The position numbers were made by a program, and so were the translations under genes. The notes beneath the pieces are model-generated. The model searched no databases. It was not told where the DNA came from and saw only the letters and a program-made list of their open reading frames with translations. This document shows, in pieces, positions 1 to 8,268 of a DNA stretch of 64,000 bases (positions within the stretch are counted from its first letter, which is position 1; each line of letters begins with the position of its first letter). Origin of the DNA: Methanobacteriota archaeon (GTDB taxonomy: Archaea; Thermoplasmatota; Thermoplasmata; SG8-5; JAGLSY01); the NCBI GenBank assembly GCA_020697715.1, contig JAEHCO010000002.1, positions 160,001 through 224,000 on the forward strand, given 5' to 3'.

Positions 1-2
1 TT

Positions 3-1766
3 GTGACCACCACAAGCACGGACCTTGAATTCGATTGGGATGACTGGATGGGCGGGGCGCAGCAGATAGGCATGCGCTTCACAGGCGTCGATGTACCTCA
101 GGGAGCTACAATAACCAGCGCTGACCTGACCTTCACATGTGACGAGGCGGACAAAGGTGTCAGCCCAGTTGACCTGACATTCTTTGCAGAGGCGTCTGAT
201 AACCCAGTTGCATTTGCAGCTGGTGATTTCGATCTCACGAACAGGGCCGACGGGGCACAGACCGCTGCTTGGACAAATGTGCCTTCGTGGACACTTGCAA
301 ATACATACACGACACCAGATCTCTCGAATGTGATCCAGGAGGTCGTGGACAGACCTGGCTGGAACCCGCTGAACGCCATGGCGATATTCGCCACTGGAAA
401 TGGACAGGGAGGAAGGGTCGCAGAGCCTGCAGAGTCGGGTGCTGCTGTCTCACCACTGCTATCTATCACGTACATAACCTCATCTTTCAATATCAAAGCG
501 AATGGTGCCAATTCACCCACACAGTCATGGGATTTAGGGAATGGGGATTATCCAGACCCTGGAGCCGGTGGTGCTCTGCATTACCTGACCTCGCCAGATA
601 TTGACTTGACAGGTGAATCAAATGCCGAATTGAGCTTCTGGCATTGGAGGGATTTCGAACCTGGGTTAGTGGATGGTGGCAATGTGAAGATATCAACCAC
701 TGGAACCGGAGGGCCTTGGATATCACTGGACAGCCCAACACCAGCCTATGATGGGGCTTGTGTCGGAACCGACAACCCGCTCAATGGCGAGCAAATATGG
801 GGTAATAATGACGTCTGGGAGCAGGTGACGATAGATATATCGGCCTATGCTGGTAACGTGGTCAATGTCAGATGGGAGGCAGGTGTTGACAATTCAGGGA
901 CCACAGCGGATGCTGGTTGGAGAATTGACGATATTCAGGTCACTTCCTTGTCCGGGAACCACGAGCACAATGTGCTGAACTGGACCCTCTCCGCGGATGA
1001 CGGTGCAGGGGCTGATGATGTAGCATCCTACAATATCTACAGAGCTGATAATCCAGGAGGACCGTGGGATGCGGCCGCTCTATGGGACACAGTAACGGCG
1101 GGCACCGACACCTACACAGACCCAGGAGCGGGTGAGTTCGACGGGACGACCTGGTGGTATGTTGTGAGAGCGAAGGATTCGCTTGGCAATGAGGACACTA
1201 ACACAATTGCAGTTCCAGAGCCCGGTGCTGTGCCTCCTTCAAACTTTATGATACCCGTGATCGCTGGCTGGAACTTCATATCCACGCCACTGATACCCTC
1301 TGATACATCGATCTTGACCATCATGACCGATATTGATGGGGACACCACATGGAGCACCATATTCTACTATGATGGTTCTGATGTAGCAGATCACTGGAAG
1401 TGTTATGATAAGGCACAGTTCGCGGCTGGATTATCTCAGGACCTAAGTAATATCGATGTAAAGATGGGTGTCTGGGTATTCGTGGATGTCGTGGGTGATG
1501 GCTTCATCAAGGTGGAAGGCACAGACCCGGTTGGCACGACCATCAACCTGGTCGCTGGCTGGAACATGGTGGGCTTCCCATCACAGGTTGAAGGTTATAC
1601 TGCCCTTGACCTCAAGACAGATTCTGGTGGTTTAGTTACCATCATTGAAAGATTCAATGATGCGTCGGCCTATAATATGGAACTCATGCCAGATGGTGAG
1701 ATGTTCATCAGAGGGCAGGCATATTGGGTCTACTGCACCGCGGCATATTCGTGGGTAATACCATAG
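3..1766 (+). CDS. C-terminal part of a large extracellular/surface protein (beta-sandwich domains, FN3-like domain, C-terminal GWNxxxxP domain); 5' truncated by the window
   Basis: ORF open from the window edge. Motifs GMRFTGVDVPQGATITSA, LTSPDIDLTG..LSFWHW..DGGNVKIS, FN3-like LNWT..YNIYR..YVVRAKD, and two GWN(F/M) repeats. Confidence 0.7.
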   Translation: MTTTSTDLEFDWDDWMGGAQQIGMRFTGVDVPQGATITSADLTFTCDEADKGVSPVDLTFFAEASDNPVAFAAGDFDLTNRADGAQTAAWTNVPSWTLANTYTTPDLSNVIQEVVDRPGWNPLNAMAIFATGNGQGGRVAEPAESGAAVSPLLSITYITSSFNIKANGANSPTQSWDLGNGDYPDPGAGGALHYLTSPDIDLTGESNAELSFWHWRDFEPGLVDGGNVKISTTGTGGPWISLDSPTPAYDGACVGTDNPLNGEQIWGNNDVWEQVTIDISAYAGNVVNVRWEAGVDNSGTTADAGWRIDDIQVTSLSGNHEHNVLNWTLSADDGAGADDVASYNIYRADNPGGPWDAAALWDTVTAGTDTYTDPGAGEFDGTTWWYVVRAKDSLGNEDTNTIAVPEPGAVPPSNFMIPVIAGWNFISTPLIPSDTSILTIMTDIDGDTTWSTIFYYDGSDVADHWKCYDKAQFAAGLSQDLSNIDVKMGVWVFVDVVGDGFIKVEGTDPVGTTINLVAGWNMVGFPSQVEGYTALDLKTDSGGLVTIIERFNDASAYNMELMPDGEMFIRGQAYWVYCTAAYSWVIP

Positions 1767-1840
1767 AACATACCGGTGATCGACCTGGATAGCTATGGTC
1801 AAAATAATGGCTGACAGCCCTAATTAGACTATCCTATATC

Positions 1841-4270
1841 TCAGATGCCTCTCAGGCTTTCTTTCAATCTGGATAGCTCGTCCTGTCGCTTTCTCCAGGC
1901 ATCTTCTTTATCAGTTAAGGCTTGTTCTCTATCATCCAGTTCCTTGAGGCGATCCTTCATCTCCACTTCCACTTTCTCGCGGAGCTCGTCCTCTTTCTTT
2001 TCCAGAGTCCATTCTCTCTGTGTGAGCTTGTCCTCTTTTGCTTTGGCGGCTTCCTCACGGTCCTTGAGCTCATTGGAATAATGCTCCAGCTCATCACGTT
2101 CTTCCATGACCTTGGCCAGCTCGGTCCTTATCGAAGCAAGTTTCGTGTCAGCTTCAGCTTCCTTCTTGGCCAGTTCTTTCTCTTTCGCTTTTATTTCGGT
2201 ATTGGAGAGCTTGATATCCTCGGTCTTCTTGGAATGTAGTTTTTCTTTCTTCGCTTCCTCGCGCTCCAGCTTCTTTCTCTCTGTTTCTAATGCTTTTTCC
2301 GCTGCTGCCAAGGTGGAATCCTTGTCATCCAGATCCTGCTCTCTTTCGTCGAGCAGGGAGGATGTCTTTCCCAATTCCTGGAAACGATTGTCCAACTCGG
2401 CTTTTATTCCTTGAAGCCGAGATTCTTCCCCGTCCAGCTCTTCCGCTCTCTGATTTAAATTCGCTTCTATATCTGATAGTGATGTTTCTTGCTCGTCCAG
2501 CTTCTTCGACCTGCGATCGAGCTTTCTCAGCTCGTCTCTCGCGATCTTTTTCTGTTCCTTCTCCAGGGCCGCGAGCTCGACTTCTTTATCTTCCAGCTTG
2601 TCCTCGTGCAGGGTGGCCTTCTCCTCTCTCTTTTTTATTTCCGCGGCCTTCATTTCCAGCTCTGTTCCGAGATCGACCAATTCGCCCAGTCTCTTATCCA
2701 GCTTCTGGAATTCTCTTTTGGCCTGCCGATCTTTCTTTCTTAGATCGGCTTCGAGGTCTTTCACACTGGCTTCTAATTTTTCCAGGGCGGCCATCTCGGC
2801 TTTCAGCCTCTCGTCATCCAGAGTTATCGCCTTCTCCCTCTTGGTGAGCTCCCTCTGGATATTTCTTAAGGATTTCTTCTCATCCTTCAGGGCTTCGGAC
2901 ATATCCGTAGTACGTTTCTCAAGTCCCCCCAGCTTTCTCAGCTCCTTGTCGAGCTTCACCCGGTCCGCGTCAAAGGTCTTGCGCGCGTCCACGAACAATT
3001 TCATGTCCCGCTCGAGGGAGATCCTCTCAGCTTCCATCTCCTCTTTTTCCTTGGTAATTGATTCTGATTCTGATTCCAGTGAACTTAGATCCGCCTCGAT
3101 GGCCTTCTTCTCCTTCGCCAGCTTCCGTAGCTCAAGGTCGGTCTGTTTCTTTTTCGCGGCCAGGTCCTTCTCCATATCTTTCAATTTTGCCTCTAATTTC
3201 TTGACCTGGTCAGACTTCTTGTTTACTTCGCCGGCCTCTGTCTGAACTGACTTCGCCCTCTCCAAAAGATCCTTCTCGATCCTCTGGAGATTATCTTCGG
3301 TCTTCAGAAGGTCAGCCTCTTTTTTCACATATTCCGTTATCTTGGCTTCGAGCTGGGCCTGGGCTTCTCTTTGTCTATTGGTCTCTTCTGATATATCTCG
3401 CCAGATGGATTCCAATTCCGCTCTTTCATTGGCCAGAACATCCTGTGATCGTCCAATATCCGCATTTCTTGCTTCCATGTCGGATTCCTTCACAGACAGC
3501 AATTTTTCTTTGTCTTCCAAAGAACTTTCTTTTTCTGCCAGGAGCTTCTCCATCTTCAGGAGGTCTTCCTCCTTGGCCTCAAGCTTCATCGCCTCGACCT
3601 TTTTCTCGGCCAGCACCATGACATCTTCCTCTGTCAGCTCTTTTTTATTGGCAGTGGTGTAGTGCTTCAGAAGTGCGACAGAACCCATCTTCACGGATTC
3701 CAATTCACCTTTTAATTTATCGATGGTCATCTGCCTGGCAAGAGCATCTTCTCTTTCCAGGGCCAGCTCTCTGGACCTGTCGCCGAGCGCTGCCTCCGTG
3801 TTCTTGAGGTCGTGCTCCCTCCGGGCCTGGGCCTCCAGGGCCTTCCTCTCCTGGGCAATGCGATCTTTCTCCTCGCTTCCAACCTGCCCCATGATGATAT
3901 CCAGATCAATACTGCCTCCAATGACAGTGTCCGGATACTGGTCCTTGATATGCGCCAAGCTCACGCTGGATGATTTGTAAGAGTATGAATGAATTTCCAG
4001 GATGCAATCTTCTTTTATGGAATCCCTGGCTATTTCCAATATTGCTTCCTCGCCGATGGAATCTTCCACCGAGGAATGGGATGCCAGCATCGCCTTCCCC
4101 TTCTTTATCACGATATGCCCTATCGATATACTGCCGTCCCTCACATAGCTTGTCTTGATGAAGCCGTCGATACCTTGGCTATCGAATTCATTCAATAGGT
4201 CTTCCAATGCTGTTTTGCTTCCAAAGGCCGTCTTCAATATCCTTCCGCTGGGCAGTCTCATAAATATCAT
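1841..4270 (-). CDS. DUF2226-like N-terminal domain fused to a very long coiled coil
   Basis: N-terminus LPSGRILK..DGFIKTS..GHIVIKKGK..LEIHSY, then several hundred residues of E/K/L-rich heptads. Confidence 0.7.
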   Translation of the reverse strand: MIFMRLPSGRILKTAFGSKTALEDLLNEFDSQGIDGFIKTSYVRDGSISIGHIVIKKGKAMLASHSSVEDSIGEEAILEIARDSIKEDCILEIHSYSYKSSSVSLAHIKDQYPDTVIGGSIDLDIIMGQVGSEEKDRIAQERKALEAQARREHDLKNTEAALGDRSRELALEREDALARQMTIDKLKGELESVKMGSVALLKHYTTANKKELTEEDVMVLAEKKVEAMKLEAKEEDLLKMEKLLAEKESSLEDKEKLLSVKESDMEARNADIGRSQDVLANERAELESIWRDISEETNRQREAQAQLEAKITEYVKKEADLLKTEDNLQRIEKDLLERAKSVQTEAGEVNKKSDQVKKLEAKLKDMEKDLAAKKKQTDLELRKLAKEKKAIEADLSSLESESESITKEKEEMEAERISLERDMKLFVDARKTFDADRVKLDKELRKLGGLEKRTTDMSEALKDEKKSLRNIQRELTKREKAITLDDERLKAEMAALEKLEASVKDLEADLRKKDRQAKREFQKLDKRLGELVDLGTELEMKAAEIKKREEKATLHEDKLEDKEVELAALEKEQKKIARDELRKLDRRSKKLDEQETSLSDIEANLNQRAEELDGEESRLQGIKAELDNRFQELGKTSSLLDEREQDLDDKDSTLAAAEKALETERKKLEREEAKKEKLHSKKTEDIKLSNTEIKAKEKELAKKEAEADTKLASIRTELAKVMEERDELEHYSNELKDREEAAKAKEDKLTQREWTLEKKEDELREKVEVEMKDRLKELDDREQALTDKEDAWRKRQDELSRLKESLRGI

Positions 4271-4619
4271 TGTCCATACTTATATGTCAGAACAGATGAT
4301 AGTTCTCCTTAAATATATTTCTTATTGAATTCTTAGTTTTAACATAACTTTTAACATAACATATTTGTGTAAGTTTGCTATGAGGGAACTGTCCCATGAT
4401 GAGAAGAGGGTCAACTGAGTGACTGTAATGGAAGCCGTGATGAACCCTATGAGTGCTGAGGACATCAATTATATTAGTCCATTAATCCCATGTGCAATCC
4501 CCATACCCAAACTCCTTCAAAATCCCGACACATTTGGGCAAATATCTGCCGCTTTTTCCCTCGGGCCATAAACAGATGTTTATAAACTCAAAAACAAATA
4601 TCTTCAAACTGGAGAGAAT

Positions 4620-4892
4620 ATGGAATATATTGACATCACGATCTTTATCGGAATCATCCTCGGGCTACTGGCCCTCACAATATTGGTAAATAAAAAGATG
4701 AGAGAGCCCCAGCTGGAGAAGGAAATTGACTACAAAGCATTCTACGTCATGGGGATCTCCTTGATCCCAATAGGAATTATTTTAACAACAGTCATCAGCC
4801 CGGCTTTCATCTGCATAGCAGGAGCGGGAGCGAGCTTTGTTTTCTTCGGCCTGAGGAATAAGGACAAATGGCAGACTGATCAAGAGATATAA
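4620..4892 (+). CDS. small membrane protein (about 3 TM helices)
   Basis: Hydrophobic segments; GGAG SD-like motif upstream. Confidence 0.65.
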   Translation: MEYIDITIFIGIILGLLALTILVNKKMREPQLEKEIDYKAFYVMGISLIPIGIILTTVISPAFICIAGAGASFVFFGLRNKDKWQTDQEI

Positions 4893-4948
4893 GAAAACGA
4901 TATTAAAGGCGTTCTCAATTCTGCTTCATAATAGAGGAAGGTAATTCG

Positions 4949-5437
4949 ATGAAAAAATATTTGATTGCATATTTTTCTTACAAGGGGCATACGGAAACCA
5001 TAGCCAGAATGATTGAGGAGATGGCTGGTGGAGATTTGTTTCAAATCGAGACCGCCAAGCCTTATCCTGAAGATTATCAAGAAACCGTGGATTTGGCAAA
5101 ATCTGAGCAGAAGAACGAGGCCAGGCCTGAACTCAAAGGCCAGGTATCTGATCCTGATTCATATGATGTGATTTTCCTGGGTTTCCCCCTATGGTGGTAC
5201 ACTTTCCCAATGGCTGTGAGCACTTTCCTCGAAGCCTATGAATTTTCTGGAAAAACCATAATCCCCTTCTGTACACATGGAGGTAGCGGGATTAGCAACA
5301 GTGTCAATGATATCAGGAAGCTTTGTCCAAATGCGGAGGTCGAGAATGCGATCTCCATCTATGGCAGCAATGCGAAGGATGCAAAGAGTGATATTGAAAA
5401 ATGGATTGCAGATCTGAGTATATTACTGCATTCATGA
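4949..5437 (+). CDS. flavodoxin
   Basis: YFSYKGHTETIA, YDVIFLGFPLWW and PFCTHGGSG motifs. Confidence 0.92.
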   Translation: MKKYLIAYFSYKGHTETIARMIEEMAGGDLFQIETAKPYPEDYQETVDLAKSEQKNEARPELKGQVSDPDSYDVIFLGFPLWWYTFPMAVSTFLEAYEFSGKTIIPFCTHGGSGISNSVNDIRKLCPNAEVENAISIYGSNAKDAKSDIEKWIADLSILLHS

Positions 5438-5910
5438 ATTACTAACCCTTCGGGTTCAAAGCAAATTCATCAAACCTTCAAAGTATCCACTAACTATTGA
5501 CATTGATTTGTCCCAGTTCGCCATAATACTGTTTCAAGGTGTTGGCATAGGACGGGGTGTTTTTGCGTAGTTCTTACCCCGGCTCGAATTTACTGGCTGG
5601 CTTAGAAAGGTTCTCTGAGTGACTGAGGATACCTAAATTACTGGCTCGCTTTTTTGGGGGTTGGCCATTGCCCTGGTAGTGGTGGCATTTGTTTTGTTGG
5701 GGAGAAAGAAGGGGAAGAAGAGGGGTGAGAGTTCGTGGGTCTTGGGACTGGTTGGGATGGCTGGGGTGGGTGAGAGCGATTTGAACAACATTTGCCTAAC
5801 CATAGTGAAATCATAATCCTCTCCAACAACACACTTGTTAGGTCATTATTTCCATCAACTATTCTCAGAACATCTTAATCTACTCTTTATTTATAATACT
5901 ATGAAGTATT

Positions 5911-6381
5911 TTGCAACCGATGATTGATAATCCAATATTGAAATGGCGGATATACCCCATCAAATCAAAAAATATGCACTCACTACTGAAACAAGATAAT
6001 CCAATATATATTAAGTATCCTGTTCGCACCCCATCAAAAAAATACAAGCCAGAAATGAGCGAAAATGATCTTGTCTTTTTTTATATTGCCAAGAAAAAAA
6101 TAATAACACATTATGCTAAAATTCAATCTGTTTCAATTTATTATCCTGAGCAGATTTTAAAAGATGTAATAAATAATACTCAGATGACTATTGATGAGTT
6201 TCAAAATTACTCTAAAAATAGACGGGATTGCCCATTAATTGCATTTAAACTTGATAAAATATCTAATATGAATAAGGTTTTCTACCCCATGTACCATGTT
6301 TCAATGACTGGTAGATTTTTTAAACACGATGAGATTTATGTAATCGAATCTTTAATTAATCAAGATGTTTATGGCGATTAA
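5911..6381 (+). CDS. PUA-superfamily (DUF365/EVE/ASCH-like) protein
   Basis: IYIKYP..DLVFFYIAK..ITHYAKIQSV..EFQNY..LIAFKLDKI..VSMTGRF pattern resembles archaeal DUF365. Confidence 0.55.
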   Translation: MQPMIDNPILKWRIYPIKSKNMHSLLKQDNPIYIKYPVRTPSKKYKPEMSENDLVFFYIAKKKIITHYAKIQSVSIYYPEQILKDVINNTQMTIDEFQNYSKNRRDCPLIAFKLDKISNMNKVFYPMYHVSMTGRFFKHDEIYVIESLINQDVYGD

Positions 6382-6617
6382 CTTCTTAATATTTCATTGA
6401 TTAATGCTTGAAACTCTTGTACACACGGTTATGTAGCTTGAATTTCAATATAAATTTCTCTATTTCCTCTAATTGTTGGATTAACTGGATTAACTATTGG
6501 AAAAGCGCCCTATCCAATCCCTTGAAAATTTCTTTATTCAAAGTATTGCTTCTTTGTTGAATCAGCCAAATATTCAGTGCTACTAGAACCTACCCCTATC
6601 AATTCAATTTTTTTTCA

Positions 6618-6660
6618 GTTTCCTTTATTTTAATATATATGTAATTCAAATAAAGGAAAC
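6618..6660. other. 13-bp perfect inverted repeat (terminator or binding site)
   Basis: GTTTCCTTTATTT-N17-AAATAAAGGAAAC, 20 bp downstream of the QueC-like gene. Confidence 0.5.
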
Positions 6661-6680
6661 CAAAACGACTGCTTCTTTAC

Positions 6681-7277
6681 TTATATTCCAATTTTTTCCC
6701 GGCTTTCGCAAGCATAGCATTTTCCACATGGTTTATCTCCGAAATTCCTGCCATCTTTCCAACAAGACCAAGTTAATTCAAAATAGTCATTAAATCCTTT
6801 ACTAATGCCATAATCTAGTAAATTCATTTTAGTTAGGTCAATATAAGGCGCTTCAAATCTTATTCTAGCATCCTCTTTATTATTTCGAACCCCCTCACTT
6901 ATACCTTTATTCAAAATATCTATAATCTCTTTTGAAGTATCTTCAGTATCGTCTGAATTGAATCCAAGCAAAACAGTAGAATAATTATCATAATTTGATT
7001 CTATATATGAGGCGGCAATTAGCATCAGGATCATATTTCGACAAGGAAATCCATCTGGCCTATTCCAAGTAAGTCCAACATTTAAATTAATTATTTTATC
7101 ATTAAATGATCCCTTTTCTGATATGTTCTTAACAGCTTTTCTTTCATTATAAAGGGCTGTTTGGCCCCGATTAAAAAATATGGGCTTTACTTCTTCATAT
7201 TGGTTAATTGCATCCAGGGTTAAAATTGTCGAATCAAGTCCACCAGAGAATAATGGATATGCAATCCCTCTTTTCAT
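6681..7277 (-). CDS. queC: QueC-family (7-cyano-7-deazaguanine synthase-like) PP-loop ATPase, divergent
   Basis: PP-loop FSGGLDST, RGQ, PCRN, TWSCW and zinc motif PCGKCYAC. The canonical YPDC is replaced by TEDT. Confidence 0.85.
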   Translation of the reverse strand: MKRGIAYPLFSGGLDSTILTLDAINQYEEVKPIFFNRGQTALYNERKAVKNISEKGSFNDKIINLNVGLTWNRPDGFPCRNMILMLIAASYIESNYDNYSTVLLGFNSDDTEDTSKEIIDILNKGISEGVRNNKEDARIRFEAPYIDLTKMNLLDYGISKGFNDYFELTWSCWKDGRNFGDKPCGKCYACESREKIGI

Positions 7278-7328
7278 AATGCCATTAATATCTTTATATT
7301 ATTTAGTCATATGCTGAAAATTAGGTCA

Positions 7329-8231
7329 TTAATTTAAATTATTAATTGTAAAAACCAATTCATCTAAAGAATATTTGGTTTTCATGCCTTGAAAATCCCA
7401 CAATAGTTTCTTTGTTGATTTTATTTTTTTTATTGTGGCTTGGGTGGGCAATACGATATAACTAATGTCTAACTCATCCATTACTGTTTTCATTATTACT
7501 GCTTGAATACTATTGGGTCTCATATAAGCAATATGGAAATCGTATTCTGTTTTGTTTAGATATTTATGAAGTCTTTCAATTGTTGTAGTCTTGTATATTT
7601 CTATTTCTTTTTTATTTAGTGACCTAAGATCACACTCATATGCATAAAAGGGAAAGGTTCTGTGGTATTCTTCAGGTATTGGTGCTGATGCATTTGATAC
7701 AACAAGCCAATGAATATTATCTAGATTGTTATCTACTTTATCCTTTAGATGAGCAAATATTTTATTAAAAGTATCTGAAATGAGATATGGCTTAGTACTT
7801 GAACAAGTGGTCCAAAAAGCAATGTTTTTATGTTTTGGTTTTGAGTAGTTATTAACAATATCAAAATGAGCCTTTTCAAAATGTTCATGTAAAAAACATG
7901 TTCCTAATATTCCATTATAATCTCGTTTATTATAATCAATTATCATTCTATCATATTTCCCAATAAGCTCATTGTGGTAATCATTTATATCGCTTATATC
8001 TATGGAGTTTAACAATGAAAACACAACAGTCTCCATCAATTTTTCTTTTTTTCGGGATTCAATATTGATTTGATTATTTTTCAAGAAATTGGTGACAACC
8101 CATATAGGAGCACTATCTAATATTCTTACCAAATCAATGACTAGATATCTATTTGTTTTGTCTGGAATATCAAGTGTTTCTATGTCTATATACTTGTGAC
8201 TCATAGCACGACGATTAATTTTTGATACCAT
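7329..8231 (-). CDS. ArcS/DUF5591-like (archaeosine synthase domain) protein
   Basis: TCSSTKPY..S matches the ArcS-type PCSxxKPY motif; HWLVVSNASAPIPEEY..FPFYAYEC matches the ArcS-type HxxIxTSPLGxVPRE..YP..HYD. Confidence 0.65.
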   Translation of the reverse strand: MVSKINRRAMSHKYIDIETLDIPDKTNRYLVIDLVRILDSAPIWVVTNFLKNNQINIESRKKEKLMETVVFSLLNSIDISDINDYHNELIGKYDRMIIDYNKRDYNGILGTCFLHEHFEKAHFDIVNNYSKPKHKNIAFWTTCSSTKPYLISDTFNKIFAHLKDKVDNNLDNIHWLVVSNASAPIPEEYHRTFPFYAYECDLRSLNKKEIEIYKTTTIERLHKYLNKTEYDFHIAYMRPNSIQAVIMKTVMDELDISYIVLPTQATIKKIKSTKKLLWDFQGMKTKYSLDELVFTINNLN

Positions 8232-8268
8232 CTAAGCCATATACGAGATTTAAGAATATAAAGGTTTA

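Noticed and set aside
1845-3980. Multiple Ser/Phe/Leu-rich plus-strand ORFs
   Set aside because: Antisense shadows of the coiled-coil gene
5440-5900. Integrase, tRNA att site or IS end at the island's left border, and the 64-aa ORF 5638..5832
   Set aside because: No recognisable tRNA, recombinase or matching repeat; the ORF is low-complexity
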